Origin: Armatimonadota bacterium
Lineage (GTDB): Bacteria; Armatimonadota; UBA5829; DSUL01
NCBI GenBank assembly: GCA_039811685.1
Contig: JBDHZC010000003.1
Coordinates: 160,001-224,000 of the forward strand
Direction: 5' to 3'
Length of the DNA: 64,000 nt
Both the position numbers and the translations under genes were made by a program. This document shows, piece after piece, positions 1 to 10,188 of the stretch (positions are counted from its first letter, which is position 1; every line of letters starts with the position of its first letter). Under the pieces are notes generated by a model. It was not told the origin of the DNA and ran no database searches. It saw nothing but the letters and a program-made list of their open reading frames with translations.

Positions 1-1
1 T

Positions 2-574
2 TGGGATTACTGGGGCAAGCCCGTTCCGAACTTTGGAGATCCGAACGCAAGAATCCTCATTATCGGACTTGCTCCAGCGGCGCACGGCGCCAATAGAACC
101 GGGCGGATGTTCACCGGTGACGAAAGTGGCAACTGGCTTTTTCAGACGCTGTACGAAGTTGGGCTGGCGAATCAGCCGACTGCCGTGCGCGCTGACGACG
201 GCCTGGAGTTGAAAGACATCCTGATAACCGCCTCCGTTCACTGTGCCCCGCCAGCCAACAAGCCGACGCCAGGTGAGCTGGCGAACTGCCTGCCTTTTCT
301 GCTGGAGACTCTACAGATTGTTGAGAACTGGCGGGTGATGGTGGCGCTTGGGCGCATCGGCTTCATCCAGACTCTGCGCACGCTCAAAGAAGCGCAGATC
401 CCGCACGCTATCCGGCAATCCAGTTTCGCTCACGGCGCTGAGCTTCAGCTTCCCGGCGGCCGCTGGATTGTCTGCAGCTACCATCCGAGCCAGCAGAATA
501 CCTTCACTGGGAAGCTTACGCGCGAGATGATGCGCTCGATCTTCACACGCGCCAAAGCGCTCGCTGACGGCTAA
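2..574 (+). CDS. udgB: Uracil-DNA glycosylase family 5 (UdgB-type), 5'-truncated by the window edge
   Basis: The frame is open from nt 2: WDYWGKPVPNFGDPNARILIIGLAPAAHGANRTGRMFTGD...HCAPPANKP...YHPSQQNT. GLAPAAHG and HPS are family-5 UDG motifs. Confidence 0.9.
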   Translation, partial: WDYWGKPVPNFGDPNARILIIGLAPAAHGANRTGRMFTGDESGNWLFQTLYEVGLANQPTAVRADDGLELKDILITASVHCAPPANKPTPGELANCLPFLLETLQIVENWRVMVALGRIGFIQTLRTLKEAQIPHAIRQSSFAHGAELQLPGGRWIVCSYHPSQQNTFTGKLTREMMRSIFTRAKALADG

Positions 575-708
575 GAGCCACGCGCCCGGCGTCTGATCCC
601 TATCAGCTTTTTGCAACCGGGCAGGTGTACAATCGTATTATTCGTATAATACAATCCTGGGGGCTGTTGTTCACACAAGAGCTGCTGTCCTCCTGGAAAG
701 AGACCGCA

Positions 709-3700
709 ATGGATTTTCTTAGGCGTCTGTACAGAGTGTGTGCCCGGCTCGCGTTTCCGGCGCTGCTTTGGAGCATCGGTTTGCTCTGGGTTGCGTCGGC
801 TGCGCTGCAGGCGGCTGATCCGCAGGCTGTGAGCATTGAGCCTCTGAGTGCGGGGGTGGCGACTGGAGAGAAGACGACCTTTGTCACAACCTATTCGGAT
901 GCCGATGGCGCCGGAAATCTTGCCGGAGTGTTCCTGCTGATAAATACCTCCGTTTCGGGTGCGCAGGGGGTCTATCTCTACTACGACATCAATCGCAATC
1001 GCCTGTTTCTCAGAGACGATACCAACAGCGCGTGGCTCGGCGGTTACGCCCGCGGGGCGCAGATGACAGTTCAGAACAGCCAGTGCACGCTCTATTGTGC
1101 TGACACCACGGCCAGGAGTATTGGAAATGACGTCATTGTCAACTGGCGTCTGGAGTTCAAACACTCTCTGTCCGGGCGGAAGTGTGGTGGGTGGCTTTTT
1201 GCCGCGGACGACGACGGACGCTCAAGCGGCTGGATGCGGCGCGGAACCTATGTCTTCGGCCGCGCTCCACTTAACGCCAGCCTTACACCCCCCACGGGGC
1301 CGGTGACGCCAGAAGCGTATTCTGTCTTCACTGCGAGCTATGTAGATGGTGATGGCGCAGACGACATGAGCGGCTGCTATCTGCTGATCAACACCGAGCT
1401 CAGCGGCGCCAACGCCATCTATTTGCTCTATACGCCCGCCGATAACCGCCTCTATCTGCGCAATGACGCAAACACAGCCTGGTTGGGAGGCGTCGCTCCG
1501 GGGCAGTCTGTCTTTCTGGACAACTCACAGGCGCGAGTGGACGTCGCTGGAACCAGTGTAACAAAGAGCGCCGGAACCGTCTCTATCAAATGGCGCGTCC
1601 TTCCGAAAGCTACCATGACGGGCTCTTCGGTGGGCGCGTGGCTCTATGTTTCGGACAAGACCGCCTTGATCGACGGCTGGGACCGCTTTGCCAGCTACTC
1701 CATCAGCCGTGCGCCAACGAATCAGTTCTTCGCGCCGAGCAGTGGTGTTCTGGATGTCAACACGCCGCTGACTCTCACCAGCCGCTACGCTGACGCTGAC
1801 GGTGCGGACAACATCTGGACGTGTTATGTCCTCCTGAGCGCCAGCGGAACGGGGCAGAGTTCGATCTATCTGTACTACGATGCGAACGCGGACAGGCTCT
1901 ATCTGCGCAATAGCGCCAATACGGCGTGGCTTGGTGGAGTCAGTCCAGGCAGCGCCAACCCTGTTGAGAACGACCAGTGCACGCTGTACCCCGCTGAGAC
2001 CACTGTCGCCAGGTCCGGCTCGATACTCACGGTCAACTGGAGAGTTCTGATCAAACCGGCTCTCAGCGGGCAGAATCTCTCCCCAATGCTGTATGTCACG
2101 GACGATACACGCCTGGCTGCGGGATGGGACAGCTTTGGATCTTTGAGTGTGGGACAGCCGGTATCTGTCAGCCGCATCACCATGGCGCCGGAGAATCTTG
2201 TTCTGAACGTCGGTGACAGCTACGTTCTGCGAGCCGGTTTACTGGATGTCTATGGTCAGGTAGTCAGTTCAAGAAGCTCACCCGTATGGGCAACCTCCAG
2301 CGCGTCACGGGTCTCGGTTTCTCCTCAGTCTCTGGATGACACGCGTGAGTTCCAGACTGCGCGCCTGCAGGGCGTCGCAACCGGCCAGGCGAATGTGTCC
2401 GCCACCAGTGGTAGCGTCAGCGGTGCGACTGCTGTGAAGGTGATGGACCTGTCGGCTCTTGGAAAGCTGGTGGAGAACGCGGACTGGTTCCCGGACCAGA
2501 CTCTGAGCAACGGCTACTACGTTGACTACTATTTCTATACGACGCCCGGCACTATCTACCGCGCCTACCTTCAGACGTCTCAGGGAAGCGTCGATGCGTT
2601 GCTTTCCAATGATCCAGCTTTTGCCTCATCTTCCGGGACTGTGCGAGTGAACAGTGGACAGACAAAGACGTGGGGTTTCACAGCAGGCTCTGGCTATGGA
2701 ACTTACTTTATCCGCGTGACAGGCCGCTCTTCTTCCAGCGCGTTCGATCTCTGGTTGGACAGTGGGCAAAACGATTACAGATATCCTGTACCAGGGCACT
2801 ACCTCTCACTCGAGCCAAACGGCCAGACTATCTTTCGCAGGGTGGGGGACGGTGAGAGTTCGCTGTACCGCTTTGAGGGCGTCGGGGGACAGCTTTACGA
2901 TCTCCGTATTGACGCCGATGCCGACGTGACTGTAACAGGATCGCAGAATCAGACCGTAGCGCACCGCACGGTCAGCGCTGGCTCTGACAATCACGTGAGC
3001 TTCACCAGCAGCGCCAGCCAGTCGTACTTTGTCGCCGTCTCCCATACGGGAGACAGTCAAGTTGGAGAAGCGGTGCGCCTGATGCAGCCCAGCCGCCCGG
3101 ATATTCGAGGCGGTCAGATGGCTCTGCTGCCGTCGCGATCGGCCCTGTTGCCGGGAGAGTCAGAGACGTTGCGGCTTGCTATGGTGGACTCGTCGTGGCT
3201 GCCTGCGCCCGAGCCAGCCTTCGTCACCTGGACTGCGGGCGGTGACCGCCTCAGCTTTGCCAGCGGCGGCTCCGTGGGCGGATATGTGACTGCTTCTGCG
3301 CAGGCTGATTCCCCCGGACCCGCGCGGTCTTACGGCCAGATTGCCACGCGGCATACGAGTTCCGCTGCGCAGAGTTTCGCTCTGGTAGATTTGCTGGGGC
3401 AGGGAGAAGCCGAGCGTCTGAATCTGAACGCTCCTGCCACCGTCACTCTGGCAAATGGTGGAGAAAAGGGCTACACACTGGCTGTCACAGCCGGCACGAA
3501 GTACACAATCACTGCCTCGGCAATTGCAGGAGAGGCCGATGTGGAGCTCTCGTCAGATCCGAACTTCTGGAACAGCCTCGGATTTTCACACATCACCTCG
3601 TCTTCGAGCTATGACTTCAGCTTCATCGCTCCAGGACGCATAGGAGTCGTTTACATTCGCGTTTCGGGGACTCAAGTATCCAACCGTGTGAGCGTTTCGG

Positions 3701-4077
3701 CGTCTGCGCAGAGTGATACCTATCTCTATCCCGTGCAGTCAACTATGAGCCGAATCTCTCTGAATGGGTCTGCTCTCAGCGCGAAGCTGGGTCGGTGGGA
3801 CCTTGGACGTGGGCTGGATGAGGAGGCGGCGTGGTTCTATTTTGATATCCCGAACACTGGCATAAACTACTCACTTCAGTTGCACAGCGACAGCGGAGCT
3901 ATTGATTGGGAGGTGGCGGATAACTACGGTTTTCAGTCACGACTCTTCTCAGATCACACTGTGGAGGGCACAACTGGCGCCTACAACTTTGTGCCGCCTC
4001 GTGCCCCCGCACGCTACTATGTGCGAGTGCGAGGTCGCTCTCTGATCAACCGCTTTACGCTTACCTTCCGGACGTAG
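709..4077 (+). CDS. Large secreted multidomain protein: three ~150-aa tandem repeats, an Ig-like (Big_2-like) segment and PPC-like beta-sandwich domains
   Basis: Signal peptide after ATG 709. Three repeats YxDxDGAxx...YLxYxxxxxRLxLRxxxNxAWLGG...NxQxxxxxxxT...xxWR. Ser/Thr/Gly-rich beta-strand C-terminal half. Confidence 0.7.
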   Translation: MDFLRRLYRVCARLAFPALLWSIGLLWVASAALQAADPQAVSIEPLSAGVATGEKTTFVTTYSDADGAGNLAGVFLLINTSVSGAQGVYLYYDINRNRLFLRDDTNSAWLGGYARGAQMTVQNSQCTLYCADTTARSIGNDVIVNWRLEFKHSLSGRKCGGWLFAADDDGRSSGWMRRGTYVFGRAPLNASLTPPTGPVTPEAYSVFTASYVDGDGADDMSGCYLLINTELSGANAIYLLYTPADNRLYLRNDANTAWLGGVAPGQSVFLDNSQARVDVAGTSVTKSAGTVSIKWRVLPKATMTGSSVGAWLYVSDKTALIDGWDRFASYSISRAPTNQFFAPSSGVLDVNTPLTLTSRYADADGADNIWTCYVLLSASGTGQSSIYLYYDANADRLYLRNSANTAWLGGVSPGSANPVENDQCTLYPAETTVARSGSILTVNWRVLIKPALSGQNLSPMLYVTDDTRLAAGWDSFGSLSVGQPVSVSRITMAPENLVLNVGDSYVLRAGLLDVYGQVVSSRSSPVWATSSASRVSVSPQSLDDTREFQTARLQGVATGQANVSATSGSVSGATAVKVMDLSALGKLVENADWFPDQTLSNGYYVDYYFYTTPGTIYRAYLQTSQGSVDALLSNDPAFASSSGTVRVNSGQTKTWGFTAGSGYGTYFIRVTGRSSSSAFDLWLDSGQNDYRYPVPGHYLSLEPNGQTIFRRVGDGESSLYRFEGVGGQLYDLRIDADADVTVTGSQNQTVAHRTVSAGSDNHVSFTSSASQSYFVAVSHTGDSQVGEAVRLMQPSRPDIRGGQMALLPSRSALLPGESETLRLAMVDSSWLPAPEPAFVTWTAGGDRLSFASGGSVGGYVTASAQADSPGPARSYGQIATRHTSSAAQSFALVDLLGQGEAERLNLNAPATVTLANGGEKGYTLAVTAGTKYTITASAIAGEADVELSSDPNFWNSLGFSHITSSSSYDFSFIAPGRIGVVYIRVSGTQVSNRVSVSASAQSDTYLYPVQSTMSRISLNGSALSAKLGRWDLGRGLDEEAAWFYFDIPNTGINYSLQLHSDSGAIDWEVADNYGFQSRLFSDHTVEGTTGAYNFVPPRAPARYYVRVRGRSLINRFTLTFRT

Positions 4078-4110
4078 CTCGGATTTGTTATCATCCCGTT
4101 CGTTGGCGCG

Positions 4111-4959
4111 GTGCGCCTCAATTCGCAGAAATCCCTCCTACGGCGTCTCCAGGGTTTGCGCAATCAGCCCGGCAGGCAGGCTGTCTTTGTGAGACGGCGG
4201 CTTCTCTGCATAGCAGGCAATGTCGTTCGTGTCAGCCTTGTATGGACATCAGTGGGACTGGTGTTGTGGGTTTTCTTCCGGACGCAGTTGACCGTCTCGC
4301 CGGAAAAGGCCCTGGCGAATGGGCGACACCTGCTGCGCGGCCGCACCGTTCTGGCAGTAGCAGCGCATCCTGACGATCTGGAATGGTACGTCGGCGGCAC
4401 GCTTCGCCGATTGTCAGATGAGGGCGCGCGAGTACATGTCATCGTTGCGTCATTTGGTGAAAAAGGCCCAAACCTTACCCATGCCGGAAACCTGGCCGAA
4501 ACTCGCGAGCTTGAGCAGCTTCGCGCTGCCCGAATCAATGGGTATGCACAGGTGCATTTCTTCGGACTTCCAGACAAAGGAGTTGTCGATGGCCCGGCAA
4601 TGCGCCAGAAACTGACTCAGGTGTGGCAGTCCCTGAATCCGGATATTGTCCTCACCTTCGATCCGGTCTTGTGGTCACTGCCTTACCTCCATCCGGACCA
4701 CCAGGGATCCGGAAGAACTGTCTACGAGTACTGGCGCTCTATGAGGCGTGAGAGCCGTCCGAGCCTGTTCTTCTGGCAGTCACGGCGGCCGAATGCCGTA
4801 GTGGACATATCAGACACACTCACTACAAAGGAGCGAGCGCTTAATCAGCACTTCACGCAAAACCTCGGCCGCGCAGGCGCCCGCAACGCCGCCATCAGCT
4901 CGCAAGTTGGACACCAGGTTGGCATAGGGTACGGTGAGAGCTTCCGGCGCTTGCAGTAG
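4111..4959 (+). CDS. PIG-L/LmbE family N-acetyl deacetylase with N-terminal membrane anchor
   Basis: AAHPDD and HPDH zinc-binding motifs; start codon uncertain. Confidence 0.85.
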   Translation: MRLNSQKSLLRRLQGLRNQPGRQAVFVRRRLLCIAGNVVRVSLVWTSVGLVLWVFFRTQLTVSPEKALANGRHLLRGRTVLAVAAHPDDLEWYVGGTLRRLSDEGARVHVIVASFGEKGPNLTHAGNLAETRELEQLRAARINGYAQVHFFGLPDKGVVDGPAMRQKLTQVWQSLNPDIVLTFDPVLWSLPYLHPDHQGSGRTVYEYWRSMRRESRPSLFFWQSRRPNAVVDISDTLTTKERALNQHFTQNLGRAGARNAAISSQVGHQVGIGYGESFRRLQ

Positions 4960-4961
4960 CC

Positions 4962-6317
4962 TCAGTCGCGGGAGACTTTGTGCTTGATGATGGAGCGATC
5001 GCTGCGGATTTTTTCTGCGCCGCGCTCAAGCTGATCGACAAACTGCTGTGCGCTCAGCTCCCCGCCAAGAAGTCGCCGCATTGCGTCGTCGGTTGAGTCT
5101 TTCAGCCCTGGATACCACTGCTGATACTGCGTTGACCAGACGCTCTTCGCCCTGTTGAAATAGCGAGCGGCAGTAGCCAACTCAGGCGGAATATCCGTAT
5201 TCTCAGCTCCCTTGATCGGGGAAAGTGTCTTCTTGTCGCGCACCCATTCTCTCTGGCTCTCAAGGCTCATCAAGAACTTGAAGTACTCAACGGCCATGTC
5301 CGGATGAGCGGAGCGCGTTGGAAGTACCCAGTCTTCAGTCCCGGAACCGAGTGTTGTGGGGTCTCCCTTTCCTCCCGGGATAATCGGAGGTGGTAGAAAC
5401 TGCAGTTTGAACTGAGGGTGGGCGGCAAAGTCTTGCTTGTTTTCATTTGACAGCCACGTGCCACAGGGGATCAGAGCCGCCTTGCCGTTTGCAAAGTCCG
5501 TTTGCGCCTGCAAATGTGTTTTGCCAAGCGCGCCGTCCGCAAAATATCCCTTTTCTCGAAGCTCTACAATCAACTCCGCAGCCTGTAGAAAGGCCGGAGA
5601 TTTCCACGCGCCGGGAACAAGGTCCTGCGCATCGTTGTACGTATCAATCCCTCCTATTGAAATAGCCCAGGGGAACAGAAATCCGCTCATAACATAGTAG
5701 GGATATTTCCCCTGATAGGTGATTGGAGCAATACCCGATTTCTTGATCTTCGCGCAGACATCCAGCAGTTCCGGATAGCTCTTCGGGGGAGCCCAGCCAT
5801 TCTTGTTGAACAGGTTTTCGTCATACCACCACCCGTACACGTTGTTGTTGATGGGGATGAGATAGTGGTGACCATTGTACCGCCCACGGTTCAGGAGCTT
5901 GCTGTCAAAGGTGTCCTTCCAGGTCGTGTCCTGCCCGTACGCTTTCTCCTCCAGCCACTTGTCGAAAGGCTGCACCTGCTCTTCAGACACCAGCTTCCAG
6001 TAGTCCATGCCCCAGCCGGGCCAGGTGATGTCCGGGACGTTGCCTTTCACAAAGCGCGGACGCAGCTCTTCCCAGACTCTTGGCGTTCCCCAAACGCGAA
6101 TACTCAGCGGCCGGGTTGCGCCTGGAGGGGTCAGTTTTTCAGGAAACTTCTGTTCAAACTCGCGGGCTTTCTCTTTGAAGAAGTCTATGCCAAAGCCGCC
6201 GTTAAAGACCGCCACTTCAATTTCGTTTGTTGCCGTCTTCTTTGCGCAGCCTTCCAGCGCGCCCGCCAGCGGAAGCGCTGCCAGTCCTGCGCACAATTGT
6301 CTTCGAGTCAGCTTCAT
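4962..6317 (-). CDS. Carbohydrate ABC transporter substrate-binding lipoprotein, NgcE-like (GlcNAc/chitobiose)
   Basis: TRRQL twin-Arg-like signal with lipobox LEGC. EVAVFNGGFG, LRPRFVKGNVPD, GKYPYY and IPCGTWL resemble the NgcE-type SBP. Confidence 0.8.
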   Translation of the reverse strand: MKLTRRQLCAGLAALPLAGALEGCAKKTATNEIEVAVFNGGFGIDFFKEKAREFEQKFPEKLTPPGATRPLSIRVWGTPRVWEELRPRFVKGNVPDITWPGWGMDYWKLVSEEQVQPFDKWLEEKAYGQDTTWKDTFDSKLLNRGRYNGHHYLIPINNNVYGWWYDENLFNKNGWAPPKSYPELLDVCAKIKKSGIAPITYQGKYPYYVMSGFLFPWAISIGGIDTYNDAQDLVPGAWKSPAFLQAAELIVELREKGYFADGALGKTHLQAQTDFANGKAALIPCGTWLSNENKQDFAAHPQFKLQFLPPPIIPGGKGDPTTLGSGTEDWVLPTRSAHPDMAVEYFKFLMSLESQREWVRDKKTLSPIKGAENTDIPPELATAARYFNRAKSVWSTQYQQWYPGLKDSTDDAMRRLLGGELSAQQFVDQLERGAEKIRSDRSIIKHKVSRD

Positions 6318-6370
6318 CTTATAGCTCCTTCCGGTTCTTCACTGTCCATCGTAGCCAGACGCTTCTCCGC

Positions 6371-7150
6371 CTACGGATAGAGCTTCCTGGCTTCTTCAAC
6401 AGAGGTAGAATACACGCGTCCCCCGCCGAGTATCTGCCGTCGCATGCCACCTGTGTTTTCCCACAGGCTCTGCGGCGGGCGGAAGCCTTCCCACGGTTCA
6501 ACCCAGCTAGGGCCATAGTTGAAATACATGTTTGTCCGCGTTCTGTCAGACTTATTCACATTGCCAGCGTGCAGCACAGCCTCACTGAATATCAGACATG
6601 CGCCCGCGTCGACTTCCAGTTCGATTTGCCCTGGCAGATCATCGCTGCCTGATGTCTCATCGGGCAGGTGAATCTGTGACTTGTGCGAGCCAGGGATCAA
6701 ACGCGTGGGACATGCCCCCTTGCGGACATCGCTCAAATAGAAGATGCACTTGACCATAAGGCAGAACGGTCGGCCCTCCGAAATGCTGTAGCCGTACGTC
6801 TGCACTCCGCGGTGCCAGCCGAGCCCCACGGACTTCCCCGGAGTAAGTTGTGCGGTGTTGTCAATCAGTCGGGGAGCGCCTCCGGTGAGCTCTACCAGAA
6901 TATCCAGAGTCGACGGGTGATCTACGACGTTCAGAAAAGCATGGCTTTTTTCGATAGGACGGTGGACATTCACTACTTCGCGAGGCTCTCGGCGGTCGTC
7001 CCAGAAGCCTGCCTCCGGGTGTTCTTCGCGCGCCATGCGATAAATCTCATCCCTGAAGCGCGCGGTCTCAGCCGCGTCCAAGGCGTTTGGAATTACGATG
7101 AACCCCTGAAGGTCGAACAGAAACCTCTGCTCATCCGTCATTTGCGCCAT
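6371..7150 (-). CDS. Phytanoyl-CoA dioxygenase (PhyH) family Fe/2OG oxygenase
   Basis: FDLQGFIVIPNAL, WHRG, YLSDV, IPGSHK, HAG..N.S...R. SD AAGGAG precedes ATG 7150. Confidence 0.85.
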   Translation of the reverse strand: MAQMTDEQRFLFDLQGFIVIPNALDAAETARFRDEIYRMAREEHPEAGFWDDRREPREVVNVHRPIEKSHAFLNVVDHPSTLDILVELTGGAPRLIDNTAQLTPGKSVGLGWHRGVQTYGYSISEGRPFCLMVKCIFYLSDVRKGACPTRLIPGSHKSQIHLPDETSGSDDLPGQIELEVDAGACLIFSEAVLHAGNVNKSDRTRTNMYFNYGPSWVEPWEGFRPPQSLWENTGGMRRQILGGGRVYSTSVEEARKLYP

Positions 7151-7225
7151 TGCTAACGTCTCCTTTATATCACTGGTCAATGTGATCAGTTCGAGTTCAC
7201 AGTGTAGCACCGCCGCGGCACTGTT

Positions 7226-8695
7226 TCAGCGCGGCGTCGCACGGTGGTGCAGGAGTATATCCTGCGTCTGAAGCGTCTCGAACAGGCTTCGGGCGTCCTT
7301 GTACTGCGGGTTCAGCTTAAGAGCCTCTTGCGCCTGTATCAGTGCATTGTCCAGGTCCCTGTCCTCCGCCAGCACGCGCGCCAGGCGGTAGTGCCCCAGG
7401 CTCGCATTTGGGGAGCGGTTGTACTTGACAGCGTCCGTCCACAGAGTCTGTGAATTGTGCCACGTGCCACACCTCAGAGTAGTTTTGAGCGCAAACAGCG
7501 ACAGCACGATAAGCATAGCTGCGAACAGAACTGCTTTGTGCTGGGTGGAGAACAGGCGCTTGTAGATATCCCGCACAATAAGCCCGCAGCATACGAAAAG
7601 CCCTACGTCCGCCAGATACATGTAGTGATTTGCGAACGGCGCGACGCTTACAACGTATCCGAAAGGAAGGAAGCCCAGAATCGGAGTGGCCAGCAGAACA
7701 AACCAGGCCAGTCCAAATCCATAGTCCCGCGACAACATCAGCATCCAGCATGTCACAGAGACGAAAGCGATTGACAGGCCGATAGTCCCAACATACCAGC
7801 CAGGAGTGTGTGTGGACGCGTAAAGGACGGACAGCTTGAGTGGGATCAGGAGCTTGTACACGTAAAAACCGATGGCTGCCCAGGCGTTGGTGCGCGAATA
7901 ATACGAGACGCTCTCTGTCATCAACTCAAGAGCGTGGCCCCCACGCGTCTGCCACGTGACAAGTCCTAGCAGGACTGCGGCCACAAAGAAGAATGTTTTC
8001 TCGGGGAGTTCTTCGCTGCCGTCCTTGCGCCTTTGCTGGTAGTCAACAATCAGCAGAAGATAGGGCAGCAGTGCCGCGATCGGCTTGGACAGCAACGCCA
8101 GCACGTACATTATCAGCGATACGGTTAGAGTCGATCTTTTTCGGCTTTTCAGATAGCGCACGTAGGCCAGCATGCTCAAGAGCGCGAAGGTGCCACTGAG
8201 CACATCCTTCAATCCGCTCACCCATGCGACGGCATCCACGTGAATTGGGTGCAGGGCGAAAAGCAGGGCGGCTGTCAGCGCCGGAATTCTCTGTCTCAGC
8301 AACCCCGTAACAATGAGATAGACAAGAAGCGCATTTGTAGCATGCAGGAGCACGCTTACGGCATGAAAGGCTAACGGATGCGCGCCAAACACCGCATAGA
8401 TGGCCGCATAAACGCTGTAGACGGGTGGCGCGTAGGGACGTGCGGACATATCCGCCCAGATAGTCCACAGACTGTGAAGGGTGGGATGCGTAACCAGACT
8501 GTTCTGCAGGACGTTGAGCGGATCTTCAAAGTCCACAAAACCGTTAACCAGGCAGCGAGCGTAGACGGCGACGGTCACCGCAAACAGAATCCACAGATCC
8601 AGAAAAACCGGCCTGCCGTTCACTGAAGCCGTGTGCAGATCGGTCTCTTGCGGGGTCATTCTAAGGTCTGATTGTGCGTGCTCTTCCAGAAGCAT
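7226..8695 (-). CDS. Polytopic membrane GT-C-like glycosyltransferase (TMTC-like) with C-terminal TPR
   Basis: FHAVSVLLHATN, LFALHPIHVDAVAWVSGLKDVL, LLSK, WHNSQTLWTDAV, then a TPR-like helix pair. Confidence 0.8.
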   Translation of the reverse strand: MLLEEHAQSDLRMTPQETDLHTASVNGRPVFLDLWILFAVTVAVYARCLVNGFVDFEDPLNVLQNSLVTHPTLHSLWTIWADMSARPYAPPVYSVYAAIYAVFGAHPLAFHAVSVLLHATNALLVYLIVTGLLRQRIPALTAALLFALHPIHVDAVAWVSGLKDVLSGTFALLSMLAYVRYLKSRKRSTLTVSLIMYVLALLSKPIAALLPYLLLIVDYQQRRKDGSEELPEKTFFFVAAVLLGLVTWQTRGGHALELMTESVSYYSRTNAWAAIGFYVYKLLIPLKLSVLYASTHTPGWYVGTIGLSIAFVSVTCWMLMLSRDYGFGLAWFVLLATPILGFLPFGYVVSVAPFANHYMYLADVGLFVCCGLIVRDIYKRLFSTQHKAVLFAAMLIVLSLFALKTTLRCGTWHNSQTLWTDAVKYNRSPNASLGHYRLARVLAEDRDLDNALIQAQEALKLNPQYKDARSLFETLQTQDILLHHRATPR

Positions 8696-8864
8696 GTTCC
8701 AAGCTGCCTGTCTTCAACGATTACCAGGCAGAAACAGAATCACCCTCTAAGCAGCGCGTGAGTCTTGATACGAGCGCTTGCGGGTGTTGTAAGTCTTGCG
8801 GTCGCCGGAGAGCGCCAGGCTCCACAGGGGGGTCAGGTCTATCAGCAGCAGGGCCATCTGGCAC

Positions 8865-8893
8865 TTGACCGTTTCGCGCCATTTTGGCATAAT
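8865..8893 (+). promoter_or_regulatory. sigma70-type promoter for tRNA-Gln
   Basis: TTGACC-17 bp-CATAAT, ~55 nt upstream of the tRNA. Confidence 0.6.
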
Positions 8894-8947
8894 ACCGTTC
8901 GGTACACGCAGCGTCATGTCCTTTTGCGTTGCCCACAAGAGTTTCGT

Positions 8948-9023
8948 TGCCGGATAGTTTAGTTGGCAGAACGCCTGACTCTGGATCAGGAGGTCCTAGG
9001 TTCGAGTCCTAGTCCGGCAGCCA
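8948..9023 (+). tRNA. tRNA-Gln (anticodon CTG)
   Basis: Acceptor stem TGCCGGA/TCCGGCA, anticodon arm CCTGA-CTCTGGA-TCAGG, T-arm CTAGG-TTCGAGT-CCTAG, encoded 3' CCA. Confidence 0.97.
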
Positions 9024-9320
9024 ATTTCATCTGGTCGGTTTTCCCGGCTTCAGCTACATCCCCAAAGCAACAGTACACCGGCTGGCGGGGCGCTTGTCGC
9101 TTCCAGTGCTGGCCGTTCTCTGAAAACACCTGCAGCTTTCTGCCGAGGGCTCTTCGCAACTCCAGCAGCCTTCGTTGAAGCAAACTCTCACGGGTAGGCT
9201 TCAGCCCCTGCGTTTGACGGTTCGGTTCTTGCGGGAAACATCTATTGCGTCTGCCGTGGATTCCGCGCGACGCTCCAGTATTGTGCTCCGGCGTTTCTTC
9301 GCAGAAAGCTATGTTTAGTT

Positions 9321-9548
9321 ATGAAAGACAGGCTCATCTCGCTACCCGCCAGCATTCGTAATCGCCTTCCGTCCCAGGCTCGTGAGATTTACCAGGCTGT
9401 GTTTACCAGTCTGTTGAGTGATCCCTCATTTGCGGACAGTATGGCTGATCCTGCATTGAGAATTGAAAAAGCGCACCAGGTGGCTGTCCAGATTGTCCGT
9501 GGTGAGTACAGTCCGGAAGAAACGCCGTCTGCCTCAGAAGATACCTGA
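9321..9548 (+). CDS. chaB: ChaB family protein
   Basis: LPASIRNRLPSQAREIY...F...AHQVA matches the ChaB pattern LPxxVxxxLPxxAQxIY...AHxxA. Confidence 0.75.
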   Translation: MKDRLISLPASIRNRLPSQAREIYQAVFTSLLSDPSFADSMADPALRIEKAHQVAVQIVRGEYSPEETPSASEDT

Positions 9549-9774
9549 GACGTTTCACTGGCAGGATATGTTCGAAACTTCAGTCCGAAAGAGCGCATTG
9601 CATCGAGCCTCGCTTCAAAGCTCTCAACTACCTTACCATTCTCCTGCTATATCCCACGCAAGCGCATTCGATAGGAACAGTCAGCCCTCTTTGAAGCGAT
9701 GCGCGACGTGTCTCCTGTTGGTCACGTCCTTCTAGAAAGCAGGAGCGGCGCCTCGTCGCATACAAGAGAGCGGC

Positions 9775-10170
9775 ATGAGCAAGACGCTGCTTTCACTTCT
9801 TCCTTTGCTGCCGTGCGTGTTTCTTGGCGCACTGGGCCAGTTGCTGATCAAACAGGGTGTGCAGAGCATAAAATCGGCTGCGGGACACGACCTCACGATA
9901 GGGATGATGTTGAGTCACCCAACGCTCGTCGTCTTCAACTGGGCGATTGTTGGCGGATTTGTCGCCTATGGTCTGAGCTCTGCGTTCTGGCTGACGCTGG
10001 CCTCCAAGTTTCCACTTACCTACATCTACCCGATGGTCGCTCTGACCTATGTTCTCGTCGTGCTCGCCTCTGTTGTGTTCAACCGGGAGCCGGCGAACCT
10101 GTTCACCTGGCTCTCTCTGGGACTGATCGTCGCAGGCGTGTCGCTTCTTGCCGGTGCAGGCGGCAAATAG
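9775..10170 (+). CDS. Small 4-TM DMT/SMR-like (ArnE/ArnF/EamA-like) transporter
   Basis: GQLLIKQG, YGLSSAFWL, PLTYIYPMVALTYVLV, FNRE; four hydrophobic helices. Confidence 0.8.
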   Translation: MSKTLLSLLPLLPCVFLGALGQLLIKQGVQSIKSAAGHDLTIGMMLSHPTLVVFNWAIVGGFVAYGLSSAFWLTLASKFPLTYIYPMVALTYVLVVLASVVFNREPANLFTWLSLGLIVAGVSLLAGAGGK

Positions 10171-10188
10171 TCTCTCGCAGATGACTTT

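Noticed and set aside
8948..9320. tRNA-Gln as an integration site (att duplication)
   Set aside because: No copy of the tRNA 3' end or integrase was noticed in the window.
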